A stretch of 64,000 nucleotides of DNA from Daphnia carinata (taxonomy: Eukaryota): assembly GCF_022539665.2 (NCBI RefSeq), contig NC_081334.1, forward strand, positions 2,728,001 through 2,792,000, in the 5' to 3' direction. A model generated the notes under the pieces. The model saw only the letters and a program-made list of their open reading frames with translations, was not told where the DNA came from and made no database searches. Positions 14,598 through 28,229 of this stretch are shown here, in pieces. Position 1 is the stretch's first letter. Each line of letters opens with the position of its first letter. A program made the translations under genes and the position numbers.

Positions 14598-16882
14598 TTA
14601 TTTCGTCGCTCCCCTTCTCTTGGCAGCAATCTGGGTAAGCATATAGTTTCCACTAACGAACGCAGGTATAGCTATGACTACCAGCAATTTGAGCGTCTGG
14701 AACATGTTGAGATATAACCAGAAGGAAACAAACAGGACGAAAATACCTTTGGAAATAACAATTGGTTTGATTAGGCAATAACACTCTTTACTATTTACTA
14801 CATTTTACCTCCAATGCTCAAGTGAAAGCCAAGCGCGCTGAGTGAAAACGATAAAGAAGAGAAGTTAACTCCAAGTCGAGAAACCTAAAACGTCAAAGCA
14901 GATAAATAAAGGCAATCACCAAAACAAGGTAATTTTTTTCTTTTTACCAATACAATGAAGATGACGAAAGGTAAGATAGCCAATAAGGTGAACGTATTGG
15001 AAACGATGCCTGGAGGACGCTTTTCTGGTTCCCGGAACATGTGCTATTAAAATCAGTTTCAGTAACCAAATTATGGGGGCTGTCTTCTAAGTTTAACTTT
15101 ACCTTAATTTCAGGTTTCATCTGATACATCTCAATAGCTTTTGATGATTTTGGTTGTCCAGAACTTGGAGTAACAAATGAAAGCTGGAGTTCTGCAATTT
15201 GCCAAACAGTTGGGTTTTCAATTACTGCATCACCGATGATCAAATCCATGGAATAGTGGCCAGATAGGTAAAGAAAATCCTTGGCTTTGGTAGCCAAATC
15301 CAAATCGAATTTGTACGCATCATTGACGTCTGGTTCGGCGACAAAGAAAATCTCTTGCTGAGATTCACGATGTGTTAGTCGAACAAATGCTTGGTGAACA
15401 GTAACAAGTTCTTTGGAAAGCGTGTCTCGCAAAACGAATTTCAGAATCAATTTTTGGTGTGAGTCGGCTTCTAGGCTACCATCAAGCTTCTTGGGATAAG
15501 TTATTTTTCTTAGTTTGGCGGCTGTTGACTGGTCGGAATCGGCAGTGCCAATTTCTGTTTCTTCTATAGCAATCTTAGTCAGAACTTTGACTTCAACTAT
15601 AGCCCCAACATTTCCAACCAAGCGAGTGTCGTCGCTTGACGATGCACTGAGAGCCACCCGATAAACTCCTTTTCCGGGATTGCTTGACATCAAATCCAAT
15701 TCAAACGAGCTTGAAACGAAAAAATTTCTGAATTAAACGAATGATTCAAGTCATACTGAAGACAGGCTTACCCATCCTTAGGAGTCAACTGTTTCTGTGA
15801 CAGTACAACCGCATCATCGAGGGTCCGTGTAGCCGAATCCGCGATGACGGTCAATGATCCAAGATTCTTGCCGAGGATATTTGTAACTTTCACTTGAAAC
15901 TTCGGCTCGCTTTTCGAAACAGCAGCTTTGCTAGCCAGGGTGATGGCAACGGGAATGTGGAAAGCATTATCAGCCAATATGGAAGTAACTTCCAAAAGGT
16001 AATAAACTCCCTTGATTGTCTGAACAGATTTGCGACTAACAAAGTACTCTGCAAACTTATTAGCTTGTTCTTTACTGATAAAGGGGGCCTGGCCAACAGT
16101 ATTGGCAAGCTTGTATGCTCCACTAATAACCAGAGCCGTGACACTAAGACCTCCCTCAAACTGCAACATTTTACCGTCAATCTAAATGATTAAATATAAA
16201 ATTAAATTGTATGAAAAAAATTCCTCTGGATTGAGTAACTTGTTTACCTGATCAGCTTGAACAACCACATCTTCAATTCTACCAAATACAGTTGATACAT
16301 CACCATCCAAGAGAGATGCAACCTGGAATGCTTGTCCCAGACTTGAAATACTATCATCTTTCTTTAATGCAGCATTAAGGGCCTTTAAAACTTTTGGAGC
16401 ATCAAGTGTGGCGCCGAAGGAAGAAAGTGCTCCGGTGGCGAAAAATATTTCTGACACTCCTTTAGAGGCAGTTATTGTTGTTTCCAGTGTTTCTTTTTGT
16501 GTGTTTGATAGTTGTAGGGCACAATTTAAGCTTGCTGAGGCTTTCCCTACATGAAATAGAGTTTCTGGAGCTTGGGACTCTAGTTTGGTTTTCAGCTTCT
16601 GGCAAAGGTTATTTTTGTTGGGAACGTCACTTTCCAAAAATGTTAGCCCCCGGATTGCATAGTCCAGTGAGCCTGTATCATCGCTGTTCAGCCCTGAAAG
16701 CAGAATATCCTTAAACCTAGACTGATCGTTGCTGTTGAGGAAGGAAGTGATCCCCAATGCCGAAGCACACAGCAGCAAGATATTGAACGTAAGAGCTAAC
16801 GAAACAAACATTGTTAAGTATGACAGTTCGCGATGTTATAAGTATTGGAAGACGCGGTGATGTTTTTACCTGTTAATCGCAT
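14598..16882 (-). CDS. RPN2: Ribophorin II (oligosaccharyltransferase subunit 2)
   Basis: Signal peptide MRLTA-LTFNILLLCASALG, LQFEGGLSVTALV, VHQAFVRL...EIFFVAEPD, LIIGDAVIENP, KPEIK|HMFREPEKRPP, three C-terminal TM segments ending ...IAAKRRGATK*. Confidence 0.95.
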
Positions 16883-17470
16883 TTTGATGGTTTGTAGTCA
16901 CGCCTGCAGACCGGTGGAAGTTCTGTGACAGCGAACTGACAACTTTACAATAGAGTTTTCTCCAATCAGAAGCGGCCACCTATGCTAGTCAAAACAAAGT
17001 CTAAAATGTTGACAATGTTTTTTGTATCTATAGCGATGTGAAGATATTGGCAAACACGTTTTCTTCCTCAAATTAGATTAGAAAGTCAAAGTTTCATGGT
17101 TATTTGTATCTTCGTTTAAAATATTGTTTTGTTGGTTTTGACTACTTAGGCGCCATGTTTGGTTAACTACGTTAACTGGAAATAAAAAAGAAAAAGAAAC
17201 GAAACTTCACATGAGAAGATTTGTAGGCGTCGACGTTTGATTCGAAATGTTGAAATCTTTGTAATATTTATGCGTGAATTATTAAATTTTAAAATTTAAT
17301 CCGACGGAAAGCGGAAATCAATCAACGCCATCTGTTGGATGTTCAGTATTCTTTAACGGTTGTGAATTTTTCGTCCGCTAATAGAAGTCATCTTCTGGTT
17401 TCCAGTCTCGATTTACGGAATCTACGCACAGGTGTGAGAAATTTCACTGTGATGGTAAACAGTTTAAAAA

Positions 17471-19361
17471 ATGCGGTCCATCCGTAGAGCAAGTGTAGTA
17501 AATCATCGGAACGCCGGTGGCTCAAATATGAACCCGTCTTTGAATTTTCAAAATAACCACAAACCTGCAATTTCTTCGGAGGGAGTGAATTTGAACTATA
17601 TGCGAACGTTCCAGTCGGATCCAAACTCTCCCAAACACATCTCAATTTCTTATGCGTCGTCGGATCACTGCTTAATTTATGAGAGCGTAGTGTTTTTCTA
17701 TTCTCTCTCTGCATTTTTGTTACAACTTCTTCATCTGTATAGAACAGTTTGGTGGTTGCCACAATCATATGAAAAAAATGCTGTGGTATAATCTTTCTTT
17801 TATTACACCAAATAGTAATTTAACAAATAAAAGAATTTGTTTTGCTTTCTAGAAATTCTACTTGGTTAATCCATATGTTATTGGTTTTGTTCTAACTCTA
17901 ATCATCCCAAGATGGTTGTGGACTTGCTGCAAAACTTTGATTACCAGTATTTTTCCACAATCATTGCAAGAAGGAAGTAAACAGTACTGTCAAATTATAC
18001 TATTAGCAGCACTTGGAACAATTCACTTCTACCTCTTGTTTCTTATTTCTGCTGAAGACGCAAATGAAGACAAATCTTGCATTAAAGGCAACCCTCTTTT
18101 CCGATTGGGTTGCTTGCTTTATCCGTAAGAGATGCACAAGATCTATTGTAAATGTTGACTATTTCACTTTTTAATTTTTATTCAGAACCTTTGTTATGGC
18201 TGCAACTTACAGAGAAGAAATAAGGACATACCTAGAGTTGATCCCAAATCAAACTGGAATTAATGATGTAATGCTATGTTCATCTCAACTCCAACATAGG
18301 TGAAGATAAATATCAGATTATGTACATGCAAATTTAGGAATTCTCTGTATTAATTTTCATTTATCTGAGCCCAGATGTTCGAATGACCCGATACAAGTGC
18401 GGCAAGAAGTAGAAACACTAAGAAAGGTATGGACAAACCGTTTCGGTCGAAGAAGTACATTAATGCACATAGTGTGTATTGGTTTTTGTCGAATGATTCT
18501 TACAGGACTTCAACGGTCGTCTGAGAAATGTCTTATTTCACTCACATATGGTCGCAGTCACCTGTACCTTGCTACCCTGCTGTTTTGCGCAGGTCTGCAC
18601 AAACGTGAAAAATGTTCTAATCGTAGAATTGTAAATTGAAATAACCTATTTTTCAGACATTTGTCCATTTTGATATGCACGTCGCTATCCAACATTTTGT
18701 CTTGGTGTGGGCTGGAAGTCTAACGCTAAACGCGGTCCACGCATTCCCTCCTAAATATTGCGATATGCTTCACAGCGCAGCCCGCCATTTAGGATATTGG
18801 GAACGCATGGGAACCAATACTTCGCCAAGCATGCATTGTGCTGAGTATGTAGCCATTTCAAATTTATCGTTAAAACAAAAGTTTTTTTTTTTTTAATTTT
18901 TTTTTAAATTTTAGTTATGTGTATTTGTTTTTTTCACGTTAACAGATGGTGTTCCCGAACAATTTGGAAACAGGGCTCGCTCGTTCTCTTTGATAGTGTA
19001 GTATACCGTGCGCGAAGCGATCTCAATTCAGCTGAACCTGGCTCCGTTCATCATAAGCGGTTTTATGTAAGTCATATAAATTGTCATTTAAAGTATAAAA
19101 TAGGTTAAATAAGGCAATTTTTTCCTTGTTTTAAAGGCGCTGTTCATCAACGCAGCTCTTTTTCAGATCAGCCTTCTTGTGTTTCAGTTGGTGCTAGTCC
19201 TTTTGCAGTTGATACTGCTCTTTAGAAGCAATGAATGGTATCAAATGATCTCTCTTTCATTGTTACAAGCTTCAGGAGGCTATGCCTTGTTTAAGCTTAT
19301 GCGGGATGCTGTCGTTGTGTGGCGACTCTCACTTGCCGAAGAAATGTTAAAAAATGCCTGA
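17471..19361 (+). CDS. TMEM39: Transmembrane protein 39 (start may instead be ATG 17528)
   Basis: LHLYRTVWWLP, PPKYCDMLHSAARHLGYW, W..RTIWKQGSLV....YRA..DLNSAEPG..HHKRFY match the TMEM39A/B family. Multi-exon. Confidence 0.88.
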
Positions 19362-19451
19362 GAACTGCCAAACTGCTAGACTTTTCACACTCATTTTATT
19401 ATGTTTTACTTGTACAGTTTTCAGAGATGACGCCTCATATTGCATACATAA

Positions 19452-22400
19452 CTATGTTTTTCCTGAAGCGTAGCGCCGATAAAGATTCAGATCACTTGGA
19501 TTAATGGAAAGAGGGCATTTTCGGCCTTTAAAGCAATAATTGAAATAGACATCGAGGGAGGATTTTCCCACAAACGGAGTAGTAACTTGAAGGGTATTGT
19601 CTATAGTGAATGCACTCTGCTGTACTAACATCAATCGCTTATAGGTTGCTGCCTTTCCACTTGATAAGTCTGGCTGGATGCAAGACGATATGGCCATGTT
19701 TGCGTACTTTCGGTAAATACCGATATCATTTCTATGGGGAGGATGAATATCGGTACCGTAGACTTGTTTCATGGAAGGTAAAAGGGCAGCAAACGTTAAA
19801 CCTTCTAAAGAGGGTTTATTCTCTGGAATCTTGTCTGCTTTCTCCTCGCTTTTAGGCTGAAACGGCTTAATTTCATCGTCAGACGAATCCTCTGACTCCG
19901 TGCTGAAAAATGTAAGTTACTTTTGTATTACAAGGAACAAAATCAAAATTCTGAGTAAGATAATAATTAATAAACCTTGTTCCAGAGGCTGTGCTGCTTG
20001 TTGAACTTTGGCCAGTCAATGATGGGTTTCTAAGTGCAAGCGCATTTTTCGAACTCAACTCTTCACGTCGCTTGCCGGGACGTACTCGTACGGCAAATGG
20101 AGAAAAATCAGTCCCGCAGTTATTGGGCATGAAATCTCTGTAAATCCACGCAGATAATGTAACTACCTAAACTGTTGCTATTTTAGTTCAAAAATTAGAA
20201 ATACCTAACGGAATGGGATATGGTAACGCCAAAGAGATCAGAGACAACAGTGAATTCGAATGGCCGGTAAAATTCATAGTAGCCATCCACCATCACTTCT
20301 AATGGTGACACGGGTACGATAGAAGAGCATGACTTGATCACCTCGTCGTAAGGGAGCGGAAGATAGCGAAGCATGTTTGCATCCCACCACTGAGTGTAGC
20401 TCATTGCCATCCTGCAAACAGTAGGTATTACGAAAATGTTCATTTTTTTACACTTAAGTGATCAAACGTGCAAACTAACTTTAGATTGAAGGGATTGCCT
20501 CGATGAAGATGCGCGTCAGATTGTTGCTCCCAAATCGGAATACGAGAATCTTGGGGATTGAATACCCCCAGAAAGAGATTGATGGCGTTTTGTTTGTCAG
20601 CGTCTTAAAAAGCCAAGAAGAACATTTAGAACACTGTGACAACAAAACTAAGGGATATAATTACCTGAAAAGGTATTTGAGTAATAACGACTCAATGACT
20701 GCATTATATCATTGCCTTGGGATGTCCACGGAGCGATGCGTCGATAACTTTTAATACGGTGAACCAATTGAGAACCTCCATACTGGAGCGCTAGCGTATC
20801 TCCATGATCTTCGTAAAGCTCTTCCAACATTCGCACACAATCAGAGTCAAATTCAACGTGGGGTGTGGCCACAACTCCCAATGCGTACAGCTATACCAAC
20901 ACATGGTGTGAAGAAAGAAGAATAACTCTAGTAAGATAGTGTTAAGACGACTCTACCTGATATGCAAGAGCGCAGCGACCCAGTGCAAACTGAGCTGTAT
21001 TAGTACGATCAAGACAGTCCACACAGTTTACGCGAGTGACCCCCACCTGCCTCCGATGTGTCTGTCTGCCAACATACAAACCAGAATTCTGTAGTTGGTG
21101 AAAGCAATCACGGAACTTTGATTCCATTTCCTCTTCGGGTTTGGACTGAGTGGGCCATAAGCGATGAACATGAAGCGGTGGGAATGAGCGAAAGATTCCA
21201 GTCCGACTCACAGCTATGGAAGCAATATCTGCTAAACGACTCATCACATTCGCTTCCTTCCTGTTGAAAATGAAAGACGATTAGTTCAATAGGAAACCTG
21301 CCAAAATAAGAAGTAAACTTGTCGGAGCATACAGTTTATTCAGCCGCGCCATATCAAAACCGATGTACTGAATTTGATGCATTGGCGGGAGAAATTGGTT
21401 GAGATAAGTTACATCCTTTAAGTACTCTTCTGTCAGAAGTCCTTCGTGGCGTTTCTTTTCTCGTTTTTTTACCAGATTTAACACTATCACAGGGGAACCG
21501 TAACGACGAAGTAACTGATTGAAATGTTCAGCTAGGGAAAATGGAAAGAAATGAGAAGAGGAAAAAAGTAAATTTAATTTGTTACTGGTGGTAAATTTTA
21601 TCACAAAATTAAAAAAATCACCGGCAGTTTGCGAAAACGCGTCTGACAAATCAAGAAGAATTGGTGGTTTAGGAACCATTTTTGAAATATCCTGACTCCA
21701 GTGAGTAGGGACGGAGCCTCGCAGTTGCACGTACGATGTGTACCGACCTTGTTGAAAACCACTTACTGAAGCGTCGTGGACCGTCTGCTCTGTCTCCACT
21801 TCGTTGGCTACATCCCCCTGTTACGTTAGTTTCGTAATCATAGGTTTCTCAACTTTACAAACAATTTAAAAAAAATTTATTGTTACCTCATAGTTTGCTC
21901 CTCGCTTCAAGAAGCGCGTTCCGGCGTATTTGTTAGAACGTCGGGCGATCAAGGTGAGATACAGCGACTTGCCATACAAGCTTATATTTGATTGACCCAC
22001 AAAGCCGTGGATTACGAAAAGAATCCAATCTGGGTGAAACACACTTTCAACTGGTTTTAGTAGAAACGAATTCCACACAAATTTGTAATTGGGATGTGCT
22101 TTAACTCCCAAGACGACATTACCCCCAGGTTCGGTCAATGCGCTCTCCTGTGGAATGCCCTCGAATGTTGGACGGATTTCTTTAGGAGGAGAGAGGTTGT
22201 ACTGCAGTGTATGAGATAGATCATAACTGTAACTGTTTTCCAAATTACATGAAATCCAAGTAATTTTGTAACATTTAATTCGAAGATACCTAAAATAGAA
22301 ATTTGATGAAAGATCTACACTTTGGAACAGCTTAACATATCTCGCTTCATCTGGATGATGAATTCTAACACTTTCATTTGGAATGTACACCATAGTAGTA

Positions 22401-22939
22401 TCTTCAATTTTGTAAATTGTGTGGTAACCCATTACAGCAATTCTTCTTCTTTTAGTTATGAGTACAATATAGTATCCCTCTAAAAACTTTACAAATCCTG
22501 TTTGGAAGATTAAAATAAATCAGAATAACTTGATATAAATTTCAAAGGCAAATGGGTAATAAACAGTACCAACTATTCCAAAGGCAGAAACTGTCTTGGA
22601 AAACCCAAGATTGTTTCTGGGCCGTGGTCTGTTTCCCATATCTATCATGCTTAGCAAATCCCGAATTTCTTGATGAGAATACTCGACATGATCATCGATT
22701 ACGACCAAAGTTTTTGGTTCTGTTCTATCAATTTTTAACACACGAAACTTTGTCTGAGTATTATTGGAGCCCACTAAAAATATTCTCTGTAAAATATTGT
22801 GGTTTTACAGTACTGGGATTAATTTGGAAACAAACACAAAATGTTTGAACATTACTGCTTTTGTTTCATAGAGTGCCATTTTCTGAATACTGCTTATGAA
22901 GGGTGTAAACTTCATTTTCGGGAAGGATGGGAAAGACAT
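19452..22939 (-). CDS. FIG4: Polyphosphoinositide phosphatase FIG4 (Sac domain)
   Basis: [66 protein letters not shown], catalytic [37 protein letters not shown]. Confidence 0.96.
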
Positions 22940-23174
22940 CTTCAGCAACTTCACTCTCGGTTTCGTTTTTGCAATCAAATCCACTGCTTGAATCCGCTCC
23001 ACTATTTCCACCCTACTGTTTATTTACGTTTTTAAGATTAAATGTTGGTTTAGTGTCTAGTTTTAACTCCCATAGATGGCGTTGGCCATTTTTCAGAATT
23101 TGCGGGATTCCGGTTTTTGGAATTTGGAAAGGGTAACAACGCGTGGCTTGACATAATTTACATTCGCCGGGAAA

Positions 23175-24062
23175 ATGGCTGACGTTTTAGACATTGAAAA
23201 TCAAGATGAATTTGAATTTGACGAGGACGGCGACCGTAAGTTTTAACTATGTAGTAATTACCATTTTACCCCACATCGTCTGTTTAGTGTTGAGGACTCC
23301 CGTTCGTAATACCAACTACATGTAACCCAACTGCTTTCACCGACGTTACTCTTTTCATCTTCAACATATTGCATTTCGTTTTTTAGAAGGAGTCGCAAAA
23401 TTGAAGGAGAAGGCGAAGAAACGTAAAGGACGTGGATTTGGCGGTGGACACGAGGCAAGAGAGGAAATTAAAGGTTATGAAGCAGTGGATGTTGATGCTG
23501 CTGATGATGAACCAGGCCCACAACGATGTAAGCAATAGAAGATCAACTACTAGAATTGTAACATTATCTCAGTTACTTGAATGTAACATTATCATTTGTA
23601 TTCAGCTGTAGAAGGGTGGATTTTATTTGTTACTGGAGTAAACGAGGAAGCCCAGGAGGAAGATATTCATGATAAGTTTGCAGAGTTTGGCGAAATTAAA
23701 AATCTTCATTTAAATTTGGATCGCCGTACTGGGTTTCTTAAGGTATTTGGAATTGCATGAAAGGTCTAAATGACTACAGCACTAAATTAGATTACAAATG
23801 TAGTGGTGTATCGTTTATTCTCATTGTATTACATCCTCATTTTTTAAAACTAGGGATATGCTTTGGTTGAATATGAAACTTTCAAGGAAGCACAAGCAGC
23901 ATTAGAGAAACTTAATGACTCAGAAATTTTAGGCCAAAAAATTTCAGTGGACTGGTGTTTTGTCAAAGGACCTAAAAAGTAAGTCTAATTTTTAAAATGA
24001 TAATTGTACTAGTAATAAGTGATGTTTTGCATAGGAACAAACGAGAACGGAGAAGGAGATAA
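23175..24062 (+). CDS. RBM8A: RNA-binding protein 8A (Y14/tsunagi), exon junction complex (5 exons)
   Basis: MADVLDI...[14 protein letters not shown]...[59 protein letters not shown]...[11 protein letters not shown]. Exons too short for the ORF track. Confidence 0.97.
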
Positions 24063-25402
24063 GGCAGTGCAAGGGCTTCGTTTTGAGTTACCACATTACA
24101 AAGGACTGCGTCGTCTGATTTTCTCCTCGTCAATCACCCTTTTTGTATTCTGCGTTGCGCGAATATTGGAAATAAAAAAAACATCATTCGCATTTAACTC
24201 ATGACGTTCTTTTATAACAATGAATTGTCTTACCGGATAGGTCTTAGGTATAGTTTTCACGATGCAGTTGCAATTGCATGCCGTATGCAGCGCAATTTCG
24301 AACTCACCCCGTTGGTTACACGTCGTGTATCAGAGCTACGTCCCAGGGAAATGGTACCATTCTTTCCTCGGATTTTAAGTATCGTCTATCACACTTGTAG
24401 AAATTTTGTCTCTTAATTGATTTTTAATACCATTAATTTAGGTGGTTCTGTAGAAGGTTATCAAGCATCATACCCTTTATTAGTGGGATTTGATCCATTA
24501 GTGAAGAACAGTTTTGAGACAACATATATTGACTTATCAACTATCCATCTTGAGAAGAATGGATACTCATACATCTTATCAATTTTGTGAAATAGCACAT
24601 TCAGGTACATCTTAGATGCATGTAAATTAAGTGACCGTTTTCCCAAATTTTACTTCTACAAATAACCATACTTCTTGATGAAAGGTTATCAAGTTGAAAT
24701 CAAAGGCATGAGATAGCTAAAAGCCACGTTTTCCGACGATTGAAGGAGGTCTGCATTTTAAAACATGCACGTATGCGCGTACTGTGTCGTCTAACTCATT
24801 GTGTATTCACTCTGCCTTTCCAGCACTAATTTGAAAATGCTGATTTTCTATTATTCAGGAATGTGTATTTTAACACTGGTTTCTATATTCCCAACAGATA
24901 CTGATGGAATTAAAACTTCTAGATGGAGACAACAACGGTAACTATATCATTGCTGCATTCTCCCTTCCAAAAGCCGACCATTAATTCTCGGTCTGCATTC
25001 TAATCTAACTATCACATATCAGCATATAATGTGCGTTACCAGCAATTAACTCGCTGACAATTCGTATCAAGTTATAAGCTATAACCGAGTAAATGGAAAA
25101 AGTGATTGCCGAGCTCCGAAATAAATCTCCTGAAGAAAACCCTGTGCAAGCTACGTGAGTTCCTACCCCTATGAGCACTAAAACCAGTTTGCTACTTGAA
25201 ATCCGAAGTCCAACGTTGGCTGAATGCTCGACTTCCCGTTTGGGAATTGTGATAAGTGGGTACAATCGCCGAGGACGGAAGGGGGCGTAGCATTGCATTA
25301 GCGAGTTGCTACAATACTGCTACTAAAATATTACAAAATAGGCTTTGGAGCTTTTTATTTAAAAAAACAACTCATTTACGAGGAAAGCTGTCATCGAACA
25401 AC

Positions 25403-28229
25403 ATGTTGCAGTGGTTTATCTTGTTACATTTTTTCGTTGAATTTGGCAATGGACAAATCCCTCCAGGTAACTTGATTTTGAAAAACATTATTTTCAGTAA
25501 CTGTCGTAAAACACCTGTTACCATTATGTGTTACGTTTTAAGGGTGTGAGGTGACTACTACTACTGGATATCGTTACTCGCAGTTCTATCATTTACATTC
25601 TAGTCCGGATGGAACAATGGAGTTACGTTTTCGCGTTATGGCCAAAAGTGACGCTCATATTGTTCTTACGACATCTCCACTGGTTTTGAATCCGCTTTAC
25701 GAAATTGTGATTGGCGCATCAGGCAACAATTATACAGGTTCGAACACACTTTGCCAATGTTACGCTAATTTAACTGTGAATATCAAAATATTTGGTCTTC
25801 ACAAAAGATTTAAGAAGAACTATGACCGGGCGTTCCGTTAGTGCCGTGAAAACGCCTTCATTACTTTCTGATACCGAGTTTCGGGGATTTTGGGTCATGG
25901 TACGTCAAGGCGAGATTGAAGTTGGAAGAGAAGGCGAGACATTACCATATTTTCATTGGAAAGACCCGGATCCGTTGCCTGTACATTACTACTCCCTATC
26001 AAGCTGGACTTCTACTGTAGCCAAATGGATTCAAAATTGCAACTTCGGAGGTTATTATTTTTGAATTTGATTATTTTTTTTCCATTGCAATTTCATGGTC
26101 CTAATTGTAAATTGGATGGGCGCAGGAAAAACGTCATGGCTTACTCCGCCTGACAACTCGTCTTCGGATGTTGCTGGGGCCACACCACCCCAATCAGGTG
26201 AATCTTATTACAATGCTGAAGAGAAGTTAAAGGCAAATTTACTTGCAACTTACAACAAAGACGTCCGGCCTTCTTCTTATCACCGTACCCCAGTTTCTGT
26301 CTTTCTAGGACTGGGCCTTTTCCACTTTGACCTTGTAACAACCTTTTTCACGCAATAGCTTTGTAGTGGTTATTGATTCTAAACCTATTTTTTGTGATTT
26401 TTTTTTATGTAGAGTGAAATTATGTCAAGTTTTGAAATCCATGCTGCATTTCGAATGGTACGGTAAGCATGATTAACTTATGTTCGATAAACATTAACGA
26501 AATTCTTTTTCATATCCTGTCGTAGGCGTGGAGAGATGAACGTCTCCAATGGAATGCTAGCGCTTATGAAAATGTTACGGTCCTCCATTTCCCGAGTCAC
26601 GCAATATGGCAGCCTGATTTAAAATTGTACAATAGGTACCCGTAATAGAATTAAGAACAACTGAAAGTAACTAGCTAAATAATTTTGTCTATTGATTTAA
26701 ATGAAACATTGTTTAGTATGAGTGCCGCAGACATCATTCATTTGGGAGAAGGTGCCTTAGTTATGGTTTACCCTGATGGTGGAGTTCTTTTGGCCCCCTC
26801 CACCACGTCGTTTTCATCTCAGTGTCACCTCGGTATAACTAAATGTGTAGTTCAAAGAACGATTTTAAATGGCTGAGATAACAAATCAGATTTTCATATC
26901 TTTTAATAATTTGTTAGATCTCAGAATGTGGCCGTGGGATAGGCAGACTTGCACATTAATGATTGGATCGTGGACACAAAGCGGGTTTGAATAATTTCCT
27001 CGTATGGCTAATGTTATGTTTTTGTTAACGATCATTTTTACGTTTAGTTGGGGGATTGATCTGAAATTATACGACAATTACGATGAAATAGGCGGGGTGA
27101 GATATTCCAATGATTTTCCGCCTTTTATATTTTGAAAACATCAAACTTTTGTGGTTGGTATGTAATGTCTTCTCTTTACTAGATAGTAGAGTACGCCTTG
27201 AACACGAAGGATCTTTTCACAACTAACTTACAGTGGGAACTGCTGAGTTCAAACGCCAGCATGAAATTTCATTCTTACGGTGAATGTTCGGAAATTCATG
27301 GCTGTCCAGATGATCAGTATCCGGTTGCATATTTTACCTTTGTTATTCAACGAAGATCGCCGTTGTACCGAGCAACAGTCACTGTGCCGGCCATAAGTAT
27401 AACCTATTTACACTAAAAACTTGCTGTGTCTGTAAATCAGATGCATCGACATTCAGAAATTTGGCTTTTATTGTACTTACTATGAATTTTTATTCCATCT
27501 ATAGTGATTACCATTCTGACGCTAGTTGCCTTCATTCTCCCACCAAATTCTACTGAAAAAGTGCTAATTGGCTTGGTAGACTTACTAATTCTCAGCGTAT
27601 TTCTGGTCTACTTTAGCAGCTTATTACCCCCCATGGGTGACCATATGCCTCATATCGGTACATCTTAGTCGTGAAATAATTTGTAATTGTTGAACAGCGC
27701 AAAATTCTAAAGCACGCTTTTCTTCTCTTTAGTGACCTATTTGTCAAACACATTGATTTTGGTTGCCTTGTCACTAGTGCTGGCAGTAGTAACAATGACC
27801 ATGGTCAGAACACCAAGAATGTACGGCCCCCCTGGTTGGGTCAAAAGTATCGTCACAGGATTACCCGGAAAATTATTAGGGTTGGGCCATATAATTACAC
27901 TGGTATGTTGTGGCCAAATTTTTATTACTTTTTGTCCTTTCTATTATCAAGTTAATCCTATGTATTAGGTAAACCATGTTAGCAGTAACAGAGGATCACA
28001 GCAACAAGGCATGGATGATTACACTCTCCATGTCGATTCGGGTGATCATGATGTAAACCTAGTCAACACCTCTACGGATCGACGCGTACCGGTTACACAT
28101 TTCCGCGGAGCAACCAAAGACATGAATCCATCCGAACTGGAGTGGCTTCTACTAGCTTATGGCTTGGACCGATTGGCATTTATAGTATACATCTTTTTTT
28201 TCTTTATTATGATGGCTATGTGTTTTTGA
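25403..28229 (+). CDS. Divergent nicotinic acetylcholine receptor-like Cys-loop channel subunit with N-terminal FAMeT-like (Methyltransf_FA) domain
   Basis: Signal peptide MLQWFILLHFFVEFGNG; FAMeT-like LRFRVMAKSDAHIVL...YEIVIG...TPSLLSDTEFRGFWV...IEVGREGE; then YNKDVRP, WRDERLQW, IWQPDLKLYN, Cys-loop C-HLDLRMWPWDRQT-C, GSWT, four TM segments, and LDRLAF before M4. All junctions GT-AG and in frame. Confidence 0.88.
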
